In this document: positions 13,935-27,088 of the stretch, in pieces | Layout: every line of letters starts with the position of its first letter | Numbering within the stretch: the first letter of the stretch is position 1 | Assembly: GCA_951406725.2 (NCBI GenBank) | Contig: OX597830.1 | Location: 63,860,001-63,924,000 of the forward strand | Origin: Octopus vulgaris | Taxonomy: Eukaryota | DNA: 64,000 bases | Reading direction: 5' to 3' | Program-made: the position numbers and the translations under genes | Notes under the pieces: generated by a model | Seen by the model: only the letters and a program-made list of their open reading frames with translations | What the model was told of the DNA's origin: nothing | Databases searched by the model: none

Positions 13935-16900
13935 CAAAATATTTTTTTTAATATTCTTTTTTTGATATTTTTTGTAATATTTTTTTGTAATATTTTTTGT
14001 AATGTTTTTTTTTGTAATACTTTTTTGGATTATTTTTTAAAATATTTTTTTAATATTTGTATTAATATTTTTAAATATATTTTTTTTAAATATTTTTAAA
14101 AATATTATTTTATATTAATTTTATTTTCATTAATTTTTTTTTTTTAATCAATTTTTTTTAATAAATTTTCTTTAATTAATTTTTTTATAACTGATTGTTT
14201 TAATTAGTTTTTGTTATTTAATGTTTTTAAAATTTTTTTTATTAATTACTTATTAATTTTTTGTTAATTAATTTTTTTAATGTTTTTTTAATTAATGTTT
14301 CTTTAATTAATTTTTTTTATTAATCTTTTTTAATTAATTTTTTTAATTAATTTTTGTTTAATTAATATTTTTTAATTAATTATTTTTTTGATAAAAAAAT
14401 TTTTAATTGATATTGTTTAAATAAATTTTTTTTAATTAATTTTTTTTAATTATTTGTTTTTAAATAGTATTTTTTTAAATATATTTTTAAAATTAATTAT
14501 TTTAGATATTTAATTTTTTTAAATTTATACTTTTTAATTAATTTTTTAAAATTAATTTCTTTCATTAATTTTTTTTGTTCTGTAATTATTTTAATTTTTT
14601 GTCCATAAAATTTTTTTAATCAATTATTTTAATTATTTTTTTTAAATAAATTTTTTTAATAATTTTAAAAAAAATGTTTTTTTTAATTAATATTTTTTAA
14701 ATTAATTTTTTTTAATGAATTTTTAAAATTCATTTTTGTTTAATTAATTTTAAAAAAATTTGTCTTGTAATAAATTTTTTAATTAATGTTTTTGTGATTC
14801 ATTATTTTTTAATTAATTTTTTTTAATTAATTTTTTAAAAATTATTTTTTAAATTATTTTTTTTATTAATTAATTTTTTTTACTTAATTTTTTAATAATT
14901 TTTTTTAAATTAATTTTTTTGAATGAAATTTTTTATTAATTTTTGTCCAATTATTTAAAAAAAATTTTCTTGTAATAATTTTTTCAATTAATGTTTTTGT
15001 GATACGTTTTTTTAATTAATATTTTTTAATTAATGTGTAATTAATTTTTTCTTAATTAATATTTTTATAACTAATCTTTTAAAATGAATTTTAAATGTTT
15101 TTTTATTAATTTTTTTTAATTAGTTTTTTTTCATTAATTTCTTTTTAATTAACGTTTTTGAAATTATTTTTTTTAATAATATTTCTTTTCAAAAATTTTG
15201 TAATTAATTTTCTTTAATTAATTTTAAAAAACAATTTTTTAATTAATTATTTTTACATGATTTTTTAAATAATTCTTTTTTGTATATGATTATTTAATAA
15301 ATTTTTTTTTTGGTAATTAATTTTTAAAATTAATTATTATGTTAATTAATTTTTTTATTTAATTTATTTTTAATTAATTTTTTTCATTAATAAGTTTGAA
15401 TTAATTTTTGTAAATAATTTTTTTAATTAATGTTTTTGTGATTCATTTTTTCTTAATTAATTTTAAAAATTATTAAAATTATTAATGAAATTTTTTATTA
15501 ATTTTTGTTCAATTAATTTTAAAAAATTTTCTTGCAATAGTTTTTTTAATTAATGTTTTTGTGATTCATTTTTATAATTAATATTTTTTAAATTAATGTT
15601 TAATTAATTTTTTCTCAATTAATATTTATTTAAGTAATTTTTAAAGTATTTTTTAATTATATTTTTTAATATTTGTATTAATATTTTTAAATATATTTTT
15701 TTAAAATATTTTTAAAAATATTATTTTATATTAATTTTATTTTCATTAATTTTTTTAATCAATTTTTTTAATAAATTTTCTTTAATTAATTTTTTTATAA
15801 CTGATTGTTTTAATTAGTTTTGTTATTTAATGTTTTTAAAATTTTTTTTATTAATTACTTATTAATTTTTTGTTAATTAATTTTTTTAATGTTTTTTTAA
15901 TTAATGTTTCTTTAATTAATTTTTTTCTTAATCTTTTTTAATTAATTTTTTTAATTAATTTTTGTTTAATTAATATTTTTTAATTAATTATTTTTTTGAT
16001 AAAAAAATTTTTAATTGATATTGTTTAAATAAATTTTTTTTAATTAATTTTTTTTAATTATTTGTTTTTAAATAGTATTTTTTTAAATATATTTTTAAAA
16101 TTAATTATTTTAAATATTTAATTTTTTTAAATTTATACTTTTTAATTAATTTTTTAATTAATTTTTTAAATTAATTTCTTTCATTAATTTTTTTTGTTCT
16201 GTAATTATTTTAATTTTTTGTCCATAAAATTTTTTTAATCAATTATTTTAATTATTTTTTTTAAATAAATTTTTTTAATAATTTTTAAAAAAAATGTTTT
16301 TTTTAATTAATATTTTTTAAATTAATTTTTTTTAATGAATTTTTAAAATTCATTTTTGTTTAATTAATTTTAAAAAAATTTGTCTTGTAATAAATTTTTT
16401 AATTAATGTTTTTGTGATTCATTATTTTTTAATTAATATTTTTTTAATTAATGTTTAATTAATTTTTTAAATATTTTTTTAACTAATTTCTTTTTAATGA
16501 ATGCTTTTTAAATTAATTTTTTTTTAATAATATTTCTTTTCAAAAATTTTTTAATTAATTTTTTTTAATTAATTTTTTAAAAATTATTTTTTAAATTATT
16601 TTTTTTATTAATTACTTTTACTTAATTTTTTAATATTTTTTTAAAATTAATTTTTTTGAATGAAATTTTTTATTAATTTTTGTCCAATTATTTAAAAAAA
16701 ATTTTCTTGTAATAATTTTTTCAATTAATGTTTTTGTGATACGTTTTTTTTAATTAATATTTTTTAATTAATGTGTAATTAATTTTTTTCTTAATTAATA
16801 TTTTTATAACTAATCTTTTAAAATGAATTTTAAATGTTTTTTTATTAATTTTTTTTAATTAGTTTTTTTTCATTAATTTCTTTTTAATTAACGTTTTTTA

Positions 16901-19900
16901 AATTATTTTTTTTAATAATATTTCTTTTCAAAAATTTTGTAATTAATTTTCTTTAATTAATTTTAAAAAACAATTTTTTAATTAATTATTTTTACATGAT
17001 TTTTTAAATAATTCTTTTTTGTATATGATTATTTAATAAATTTTTTTTTTGGTAATTAATTTTTAAAATTAATTATTATGTTAATTAATTTTTTTATTTA
17101 ATTTATTTTTAATTAATTTTTTTCATTAATAAGTTTGAATTAATTTTTGTAAATAATTTTTTTAATTAATGTTTTTGTGATTCATTTTTTTCTTAATTAA
17201 TTTTTAAAATTATTAAAATTATTAATGAAATTTTTTATTAATTTTTGTTCAATTAATTTTAAAAAATTTTCTTGCAATAGTTTTTTTAATTAATGTTTTT
17301 GTGATTCATTTTTATAATTAATATTTTTTAAATTAATGTTTAATTAATTTTTTTCTCAATTAATATTTATTTAAGTAATTTTTAAAGTATTTTTTAATTA
17401 TATTTTTTAATTAGTTTTTTTTTTAATTAATTTCTTTTTAATTAATGTTTTAGAAATTATTTTTTTAATAATATTTCATTTGAAAAATTTTTTAATTAAT
17501 GTTTTTTAATTAATTTTTAAAAAATTATTTTGTTGAATAATTTTTTTAATTAATTATTTTTACTTTTTTTATTTTAATAATTTTTTTTGTATGTGATTAT
17601 TTCATTAATTTTTTTTAGTTAAATTTTTTGGTAATTAATTTTAATTAATGTTAATTAATTTTTTTATTTAATTTTTTTATTAAGTTTTTTCATTAATATG
17701 TTTGAATTAATTTTTGTAAATAATTTTTTAAAATTATTTTTTTAAATAATTTTTTTACTTAATTATTTTCACTTAAAATTATTACAATAAAATTTTTTTT
17801 AATTAATTAAAGAAAAATTAATTTAAAAAAAATTCATTTAAAAAAATTAATTAAAGAAATTATTTTAAAAAATTATTAAAAAAATTATTTAAAAAAAACA
17901 TAATTAAAATAATTGATTGAAAAATTTATGAACTAAAAATTAAAATAATTATATAATCAAAAAATAATCAATAAAAAAATTAATTAAAAAAAGGTTAATT
18001 AAAAAAAATAATCTAAAAAAATTCATTAAAAAGATTATTTAAAAAATAATGAAAAAAATTAATTCTAAATACAGTTAAATAATTAAAAAAATTATTTAAA
18101 GAAAAATATAAATAAGAAAATTAATTTAAAAGAATAATAAAAAAAATTAAAAACAATTAAGTAACAGAAAATTAATTAAAATACATTAAAGAAAAAAATT
18201 AATTAAAAAAATTTTTTTTTAATTATTAAAAAAAAACTAATTAACATAATAATTAATTTTAAAAAAATTAATTACCAAAAAGAATTAATTTTAAAAAAAT
18301 TAATTCAAAAATCACTTACCAAAAATGATTAATTAAAAAAAATTAAGTAAATTGGTAATTAATTAAGTAAAACAATTATTCTAAAAAATAATTTTGAAAA
18401 ATTAAAACATATTAATGAAAAAAATTAATTTAAAAAACAAATTAAATAAAAAAATTAATTAAAAAAAACTAATTAACATAATAATTAATTTAAAAAATTA
18501 ATTACCAAAAAAATTATTTAAAAAAAATTAAATAATCACTTACAAAAAAAAATATTTAAAAAAAATCAAGTAAAAATAATTAATTAAAAAAATTATTTAA
18601 AAAAGTAAAATAAAATAAATGTTTTTGAATTACTATTTTTTTAATTGATGTTTAATTAATTTTTTTCTTAATTAATATTTTTTTAATAATTTTTTTTAAT
18701 TAATTTTCTTTTCATTAATTTGTTTTGTAATTGACTTTTTTTTAAATTTATTGTTTTTTTATTTTTGTTAATTTTTTTAATAATTTTTTTAAAATTATTT
18801 TTTTAATTATTTTTTTAGTAATTTTTTGAAATTAATTTTTTTTTAACTTATTTTTTTTAGTAAATTTTTTTAAATTATTTTTTTTAATTAATTTCTTTTT
18901 AATTAATTTTTTTCAATTGATTTTTTAAAATTTGTTTTTTCTAAATTATTTTTTTTTAATTAATTTCTTTTTAATTAATTTTTTTCAATTAATTTTTTTA
19001 AATTTATGTTTTTTTAATGAATTTTTTTCTTATTTAAAATATTTTTTGTTAATTAATTTTTTTTAATTAGTTTTTTTTAAAATTAATTTCTTTTTAATTA
19101 ATATTTCTTCTGAAATTTTTTTTATTAATGTTTTAATTAATTTTTTGTTAATTAATTTTGTTTTTAATTTTTTTTAAATTTTAAATTAATTTTCTTATTT
19201 ATATTTTTTAAAAATTTTTAATTAATTAACTTTATTTAGAATTAATTTTTTTAATTAATATTCTTTTATATAATTTAAAAATTAATTTTTATATAATTTA
19301 AAAAAATTTTTTTAATTAATTTTTTTAATAATTTTTCTAAAATTGTTTTTTTGATTTTTTTTTAAATAATTTTTTTTTTGATTTTTTTAATTAATTTTTT
19401 TGTAATTATTTTAATTTTTTGTCCATAAATTTTTTTTAATTATTTTAATTATTTAAAAAAAATAAAATTAAAAATTTTTTTAATTCATATTTTTTTAAAA
19501 ATAATTATTTCAATTAATTTTTTTAATTAGTGTTTTTAAATGAACTTTAAAAATTTTTGTTTAATTAATTTTTAAAAATTGTCTTGTAATAATGTTTTTG
19601 TGATTCATTTTTCTTAATTAATATTTTTTAATCAATGTTTAATTAACTTTTTGTTAATTAATATTTTTTTAAGTAATTTTTTAAAATTAATTTTCTGTTC
19701 ATTAATTTTTTTTGTAATTGATTTTTTTAAGTAATTGTTTATTATTATTTTTGTTAATTTTTTTAATGAATTGTTTTTAAATGATTTTTTTTTAATTATT
19801 TTTTTTAATTAGTTTTTTTAAATTAATTTCTTTTTAATTAATTTTTTTGAATTGATTTTGTTTTAATTTGTTTTTTTAATGAATTGTTTTTTAAATAATT

Positions 19901-20750
19901 TTTTTTAATGAATTTGTTTTTTATTTTTTTATTTATTTAACTTTTCTGTTAAATAATTTTTTTTAAAATAATTTTTTTAATTAATTTTTTTGTTAATTAT
20001 TTTTTTTAATCAATTTTTTTCAATTAATTTTTTTGTTAATTCTTTTTAATTAATTTTTTAAAATTAATTTATTTTTCAATTAATTTTTATTTAATTAAAG
20101 TTTTTTGAATTAATTTTTTTGTTAATTATTATTTTTTTAAATAATTTTTAAAAAATGTTTTTATAAATAATTTGTTCATAAATAATTTTTTTTAGTAAAT
20201 TCTTTTTTAAGAATCTTTTTTAATTAATTTCAATTGTTTTCTTTAATTAATTCTTTAAAAAAAATTTTTTTTTAAGAATTTATTTTTGAATTAAATTTTT
20301 TTAAAATTTTTTAAAAAATATCTAAAAAATTTTTCTTATTATTATTAATTTTTTTAAATTAATTTTCTTCTTATAATTTTTTGTTAGATTTGTTTCTAAA
20401 TTAATTTTTTTTGTAATTTTTTCAAATAATTTTTTTCATCAATTTTTTTTAATTAATTTTTTTTCCAATTAATTTTTTTGTGAATTAATTTTTTTTAATT
20501 AATTTTTTTAGAATAAAATATTTTTTGGTAAATTTTTTTTTTCATCATATTTTAAAAATAATGTTTTTTGATTGATTTTTGTTAATAAATTTTTTATTTA
20601 ATTATTTAAAAAATAAATTTTTTAATTAATTTTTTTTTAGTTAATTTTTTTAAATGAATTATTTTTGAATGAATTTTTTGTTAATTAATTATAAAATTTT
20701 TTTTTATTAACTTTTTTGCAATTAATTTTAAAATAAATTTTTTTTACCCA
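13935..20750. repeat. 6.8-kb extreme A/T low-complexity satellite with internal ~1.6-1.75 kb tandem duplication and an inverted A-rich block
   Basis: TTAATTAATTTTTT-type units; rare G/C landmarks recur (14187/15797, 14761/16381, 15531/17271); A-rich polarity at ~17770-18620. Confidence 0.9.
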
Positions 20751-21464
20751 CATATATAAAAAAAGTTAATCTTTTTGATTTCGAAGTTTCACCAGCGATT
20801 CTTGCGATAGCCTTGTGAAATATTTTCAAATAAAGTTAACCTTCAAATATAACTGAGTGCTTTATATCTTTTCAGTATGATTTTATATGATCACACATTC
20901 ACTCACACATGCATACACACACACACTGATAATAGATATTTAACACATTGCCTACCAAGAGCTCCATTTGGGGATCTGCTAAAAACAGTCTCACTGTCGG
21001 TTGTTCGTTGTGTTTAAAGTGAATTGCTTAAGTACATTGCATTTGCAGAGGTGTGTTTAACAATATTTAGTAGTTAAAGTTCGTCATTTTTAGCTGTGGC
21101 TAATTGTAGAGGACATTTTATGTCATAAATCGCAATTTTTGAACTACAAAAATATTGACTGTTTTGAAAACGTTTTTTGTTTTTACATTTCCTATCAACA
21201 TCATTCATTGATATTTCATACACATTTGCATTTGATTCTATAGTTTCAAAAAAAACTAAAATGTTTATTATTTCAGTTGAATAGAAAAGGATAAATATGC
21301 TTTTTTTTTCAGCGATCACTATTTGGGACTTCTTGAAAAAATTATAATTTTCAAAATATTTCCCATGTGAAGAAAATTTAAATATATATATTATTCTAAC
21401 TCCTAAGACATCTGGCAAAGTAAAAAAATATGAATAAAAGAACTTCGCAGTTAATGGGTTAAAC

Positions 21465-21763
21465 CAGTGCTACTCAAAGTGGTGGTCCACGGACCGGTGC
21501 CAGTCCGCGAGCCATCATCTGCCTGTACGTGGTGAGTTTCCAGAAAAGAAAGTAACTTAACATGATTATAAAATGCTTATGTACTATTGTATTATTTTTT
21601 TACAAAATTAAATATAAGATAAAACAAAATTGTTAACTTTAATTACATCCATTATATAATTGTCTCCGGTATAAATTAATATTACTAAGAAATATTATTG
21701 GTCCCAGGCACATTGGGAAAAAAAACTGCCGCTATGCCACATCAGATAGTTTGAGAGGCACTG
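21465..21763. mobile_element. hAT (Charlie-like) MITE
   Basis: TIRs CAGTGCTACTCAAA / TTTGAGAGGCACTG; perfect 8-bp TSD GGTTAAAC. Confidence 0.9.
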
Positions 21764-22289
21764 GGTTAAACTACGATTCAGCTGACACTATTTCTCTCTC
21801 TATTTGAATCTTCCTAACCAGTGTGGTTCCTATCATCTTTTATCTCTTGCATCCCCTCTCTCACAGAGCTTACTCTTCCGCAGTTCTCTTTCACTCTCAC
21901 ACATCCTTCTTTCATATCTAGCTTTTCTTCCCATCTCTCTCTCTCTCCTTCGTATTCTTTCTTTCACTTTCCTACTTTCAGTCACACTTTTCTATCGCTC
22001 TTGTGACACAGCGATTTTCCCTTCGTTTTTATCAATCTGTCTGTCTGTCTGTTTCTGTCTCTCTCTCTGTGTCTCCTTCTCTCGCTCTCTCTGTCTGTTT
22101 CTATCTCTGTCTCTGCCTTTGTCTGACTGTAATCTACGCTTTTCTGCCTATGATCATTCACTTATCTCGAACTGCGCCTCTTGTTTTCGTTTTAGTTTTG
22201 TGTCTCTAAAACTTCACTCTCCTTCTTTCTCACTCACAAACTCTCTTTGTCTGTCTGTCTATCTATCTATCTCTATCTATCTATCTACG

Positions 22290-23190
22290 AACCTGGATGT
22301 CGTTGAGGAATACCTGACCCGCCTGTTCAGGAAGACTTTCGGGCCAGGGCCCATGGGCAACTTTCAGAGATCCCTGGCCTGGCAGTGCTACCGAGAAGCG
22401 CTACCTGTTCGGGATAAGCTCTACAGACACGGCTAGAGAAACACGGGGCCAACCTGTACGAGATGCAGTCAGAGAGACGAAATCGTTCTGCACGCACTCG
22501 TGCAGTGTCCAACAATTTCCGACCTGTGGGCTTATGTCGAACGACTGCTGCCACATGTGGGACGAGTTGGTTTATCAGCCGAGTCGAGTCTATCGTCAAT
22601 ATTGTCACGCCTACTTCCTTCAAACGGGAAGGAAGAGCTATTTTCATCATCCTTGTGGCTATGGCGAAAGAATGTATCTGGTGGACGCGTCTGAAAGGAT
22701 TGGAGACAAACACTTTCCTCTCTGGTCAATCTCTCATCAACTTTTTCAAGTATCACTTGAAAAGGAAAGTGAGAGTAGAGAGGTAAGTTTTGTCTAGCGA
22801 ATGTTTCAAAAAAGATGGGTGAATGTAGTAAGGATGGCACATATGAATGACGAAGCCACCTTGAGCATAATCCTATGAACCCGGAAAATTGAAAACAGAG
22901 GGTTACCTACTTGCAAACAAATGTGGTAACATATAACATTATTGACCGAGGTTACCGTGGTCTTTTCCGTAGGGTTTTCTTCCCATGGATAAACCTTATC
23001 TGCTTCCCCCTTTACACTTTACATCATGACACTGTGATACACGATCCCTATTGATCGTTTTTTTCCTTTTACGATCCCTTTGGATCGAAAACCTACCCCA
23101 CCTTTTTTTTTTTCTCTCCTCCCAAAAGAAAAGCTCAACTTTGTAATCTGTCCTGTCTGTGTGCAGCCTTGTGTGGCTAATAAAGAAACA
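22290..23190 (+). mobile_element. 3' end of Tx1/L1-clade LINE (zf-RVT region + 3'UTR)
   Basis: LAWQCYREALPVRDKL, CTRC..E.VLHALVQC; related copy at 63229-63815. Confidence 0.8.
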
Positions 23191-23234
23191 TATCTATCTA
23201 TCTATCAATCCAGCTGTCTGTCTTTCTGTCTCTG

Positions 23235-23265
<31 letters not shown>

Positions 23266-23939
23266 CGATCTGTTTCCTTCCTGCAAGGTCTTTGTATTTT
23301 TGCTTTAGTTCACTGTATATTTCATTGACTTATATAAACCTAGATACATCAATGCACCTCCATATCTGCCTTTTTTGCTCCCCTTCGTCTTTCTTGCTTA
23401 TTATTATATTCGTCCATTTTTACCCTAACCAATCGCTTGACTTGTCAGAAACATCAGCTAAATATAATTTAGTTTAAGATACATTGTGACGAAGGACAAA
23501 ACAGATGTCTGTTCGATGAAGCTTAAACCCGAGCTGCACAACAGAATACATCTTACATGTATGTATATATTATGTATGTATGCGTATACATACATGCATA
23601 CATGCATACATACATACATAAACACACCTACATCGACGGACAGACCTAAAGTGAGCAACATTGTGTGAGTGGGCAGTGAGCTCCTCAAAAAACACTCTCT
23701 TCCTATACAGCCCCGAAGGCGGCGAGCTGGCAGAAACGTTAGCGCGCCGGGCGAAATGCTTAGCAGTATTATGTCTGTCGTTATGTTCTGAGTTCAAATT
23801 TTGCCGAGGTCGACTTTGCCTTTCATCCTTTCGGGGTCGATAAATTAAGTACCAGTTATGCACTGGGGTCGATGTAATTGATTTAGTCCCTTTGTCTGTC
23901 CTTGTTTGTCCCCTTGTGGGTAATAAAGAAATATATACA

Positions 23940-25065
23940 GCCCCCAAACCAGTGTGATCTCTTACCTCGGAGAAGACCTGGATGGAAAGCACTCAGAGTA
24001 CAAAACAAAAAAAGACAATGCATGGATATGTTGCCCGGGAGCTTGAAGAAGACGATAGAATCGACACGAAGCGTAACCCGTCTTGGACATATCTATATCA
24101 CATCACACTTTGAAGATTACGTGTTTGCAATCCAGGAACGGGAGATTGTTACAAAGTACCTGGTGAACAAGAGAGACAGTGACGCTCTTGTAATCCCAAG
24201 GTATTAGAAGACATATGTAGGCTACGTCATGTTTCTGTGGAAGACATCACGCATGTGATTAGCAGCTGTTCTAAAATGTCGTCACGGTACTACCTCCCTA
24301 TGCGGCACGATGTTGTTGCTAAAACAATTTACAATGCCATCCGCAAAAAAGACTGTCCGGAAATATACTTAGAAAATCCCTGGTATGGAATACATTCATA
24401 AACACCAGCTCAAGGAATACTGGAGGAATATTCTCATCAAAGCTTCTGTCAAATGTAAACATAACACCCTGGATATTGTTGTTTGGGACAGTGGGGCAAA
24501 GCTATGTACCATCATAGAGGTCATCTACTCTGCAGATATAAATCAAAGAAAAAGAGGTTATCTATGAACAACTACTTCGAAACCTTCAGCTTCTGTATCC
24601 AGACTGTGAATTCATATTCATACCAATAATATTTAGAGAACTAGATTTTGTTAGTAAATGCTTATAGGAGAATCTGGATAAACTGGGATTTTCAGAAGAG
24701 AAATAGACCGGCTAATTCGTACATTACAAGAGCAATCTGTGAGTGGAGCAGTAAAAATATGCAAGATTTTTCTCAAGTTCCAAATGTGAATTTGTTTGTG
24801 TTAAGTACATCCCAAAGATGGAACCTTGTATCTTGGTTGGAAACCGACTTCCTTCTCAGTGGATGATTTATAAGTAAAAAGTAGAAGAGACATACAAATA
24901 CCGAGAAGAAATCTTGCGGGACGTTATTCTAACAGGATACATCTTGTAATCACCTGAGGAAACACACCTACACCGACGGACAGACCTATTCCCATCCGTG
25001 GGGGCTCGATGCTAGATTGGTCGAAACAATTGTTGTGATCAATAAATTTTCTTGTATCTTCGAAT
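23940..25065 (+). mobile_element. 3' fragment of a second RLE-type (R4-like) non-LTR element ending in (TA)n
   Basis: MHGYVAR, FAIQEREIVTKY, CRL.HVSVEDITHVISSC, RHDVVA, KHNTLDIVVWD..CTIIEV. Confidence 0.78.
24949..25039 (+). ncRNA. Type-I hammerhead ribozyme motif in the 3' tail of the RLE element
   Basis: ATCAC-CTGAGGA-[long, imperfect stem II]-GAAA-CAATTG-TT-GTGAT; core intact. Confidence 0.68.
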
Positions 25066-25265
25066 ATATATATATACTCACATATATATATATGTTTAAA
25101 TATATGTATATATGTATATATATATATGTATATACGTATATATATATATATATATGTATATGTGCATATTGATAGATGTATGCATATGTATATATCATCA
25201 TCGTTTAACGTCCGTTTTCCACGCTAGCACGGGAATGTGCATATATATATATATATATATATACA

Positions 25266-25963
25266 AACTAGCATTAAAGACCCGTCGTTGCCGGGTCATA
25301 GTGCTAGTGCATGTATATATGTGTACATATTACATGTACATCTATATATACACATCTACACATAAAATGCAAAATACAAAATTATATCTTGATATTGCTA
25401 GTGATAACAATACTCAAAATATATAACAGACTGGAATTGTTAGCTCCTCTTTTTTCTCTACATTGTATACTTTATAGACAATAGACTTTTCTTTAATTTA
25501 ATTTTTTATCATCCATCTGGACTATTTCATTTCTGCACGCTAATTTTATTTTCAATTTATTCCCATTCATGTGAAACCACTTATTCAAGTTCAAATCATT
25601 GATGCAATTTTATACCAATTGCTATTTTTACTTATATTATACTTTAGTTTGATTTTAATTATTACTTACTACATATAATTCAATTGTTATTATTATTTTT
25701 ATTGTTAAAGTGAAAGCATCTGACATAAAATAGAGAAATATTTGTTTCACTTTTAACAGGTAATACTGAAATAGTGGAGAAGATATGATATTGCTATGGG
25801 CTCGCTCTAGGCAATAAGTCGAACATTTTTTTTGCCGATGACACTCCCCGGACCCTAAGTAAGGCATATGTAAAATTTGAATGAAATTGGTTGTGTAGTT
25901 CTCAAGTTTTAGGGAAACAGACAGACAGACAGACACACATTCTCAGTTTTATATATGTAAAGA
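25266..25963 (+). mobile_element. DINE-1/Helentron-like non-autonomous element (similar architecture at 57662-58038)
   Basis: ACTAGC..ACCCG..CCGGGT start, AAATTTGAA core, (CAGA)n, TTTTATATAT..AGAT end. Confidence 0.6.
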
Positions 25964-26599
25964 TAATATAATGAAATGATAGAATATTAAACGTGCATTC
26001 TGATTGAACTTGTACTTTTATGCATTAAAATATGCAGTCTTCAGGTTCATGTATTATGTTTTACAATTTACATATATAAAAAGCACCCCCCTACATTTTC
26101 AGAGTGGTTGGTGCTACGAAGGGTATCAAGCTGTAGAAACCTTGCTAGATTAGATTGGAGTCTGGTACAGCCTCCTGGCTTGTCAGTCCCCAGTCAAACC
26201 GTCCAACCCATGCCAGCATGGAAAGCAAATGTTAAACGATGACATATACAATTGTACTACAGACCTCCCTTTAATGGACTTAGGAAGTAACGGACAAAAT
26301 CCCGGTATATCAACAACATCCCCTCCACCATCTATGGTAAGTTTGATTTTAAATTTAAAATGTTGAATTTACTGCATTATAGTGTATATTTACAATGTAC
26401 AAGTATTTTACACTGTGGAGGCGCAATGGCCCAGTGGTTAGGGCAACAGACTCGCGGTCATAGGATCATGGTTTCAATTCCCAGACCGGGTGTTGTGAGT
26501 GTTTATCAAGGAAAAACACCTAAAAGCTCCACAAGACTCCAGCAGGGGGTGCTGGCGAACACTGTCTCTCCTGCATTAGGAATGGTTATGTTTTGTTAA

Positions 26600-27088
26600 A
26601 ACCCTCTTGACTAATCTTCCATTTAGAGCACAGCTTAAGCTATCTTTTCGTGGAAGAAGGTTTATGTTCCTATAACCTGTGTTAATTCTGTAACCCTTTA
26701 AAATGGAAGATAAGAAAGTTCATTTTCGGCACTTGATGCTTTGAGAACCAGACAAAAATTGCTGCAGCTTGGCTGGGATGTGTTGCCCCACCCTCCATAT
26801 TCACCAGATATTGCTCCTTTGGATTTCCACTTATTCAAATCTCTGCAGAATAGTCTTAATGGTAAACATTTCAATTCCTTGGATGGCGTAAAAAGATACC
26901 TTGATGAATTCTTTGCTATGAAACCACCTCAAATCTAGGAAGAGGGTATTTTCAAGTTAAAGGAAAGATGGAGACGCATTGTGCAACAAAATGGTTCATA
27001 TTTGGCTGATTAAAAATGTAATGGCAAGTATTTATTGACTTTTTTCTTTACTTTAAAAATCGGCACGAACTTTCGGGACAACCCAATA
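26600..27088 (+). mobile_element. Internally deleted mariner element
   Basis: MEDKKVHFRHLML fused directly to LGWDVLPHPPYSPDIAPLDFHLF; 3' TIR ...CGAACTTTCGGGACAACCCAA + TA. Confidence 0.9.

Noticed and set aside
13935-20750. Mitochondrial control region or NUMT
   Set aside because: No tRNA, rRNA or mitochondrial ORF traces seen.
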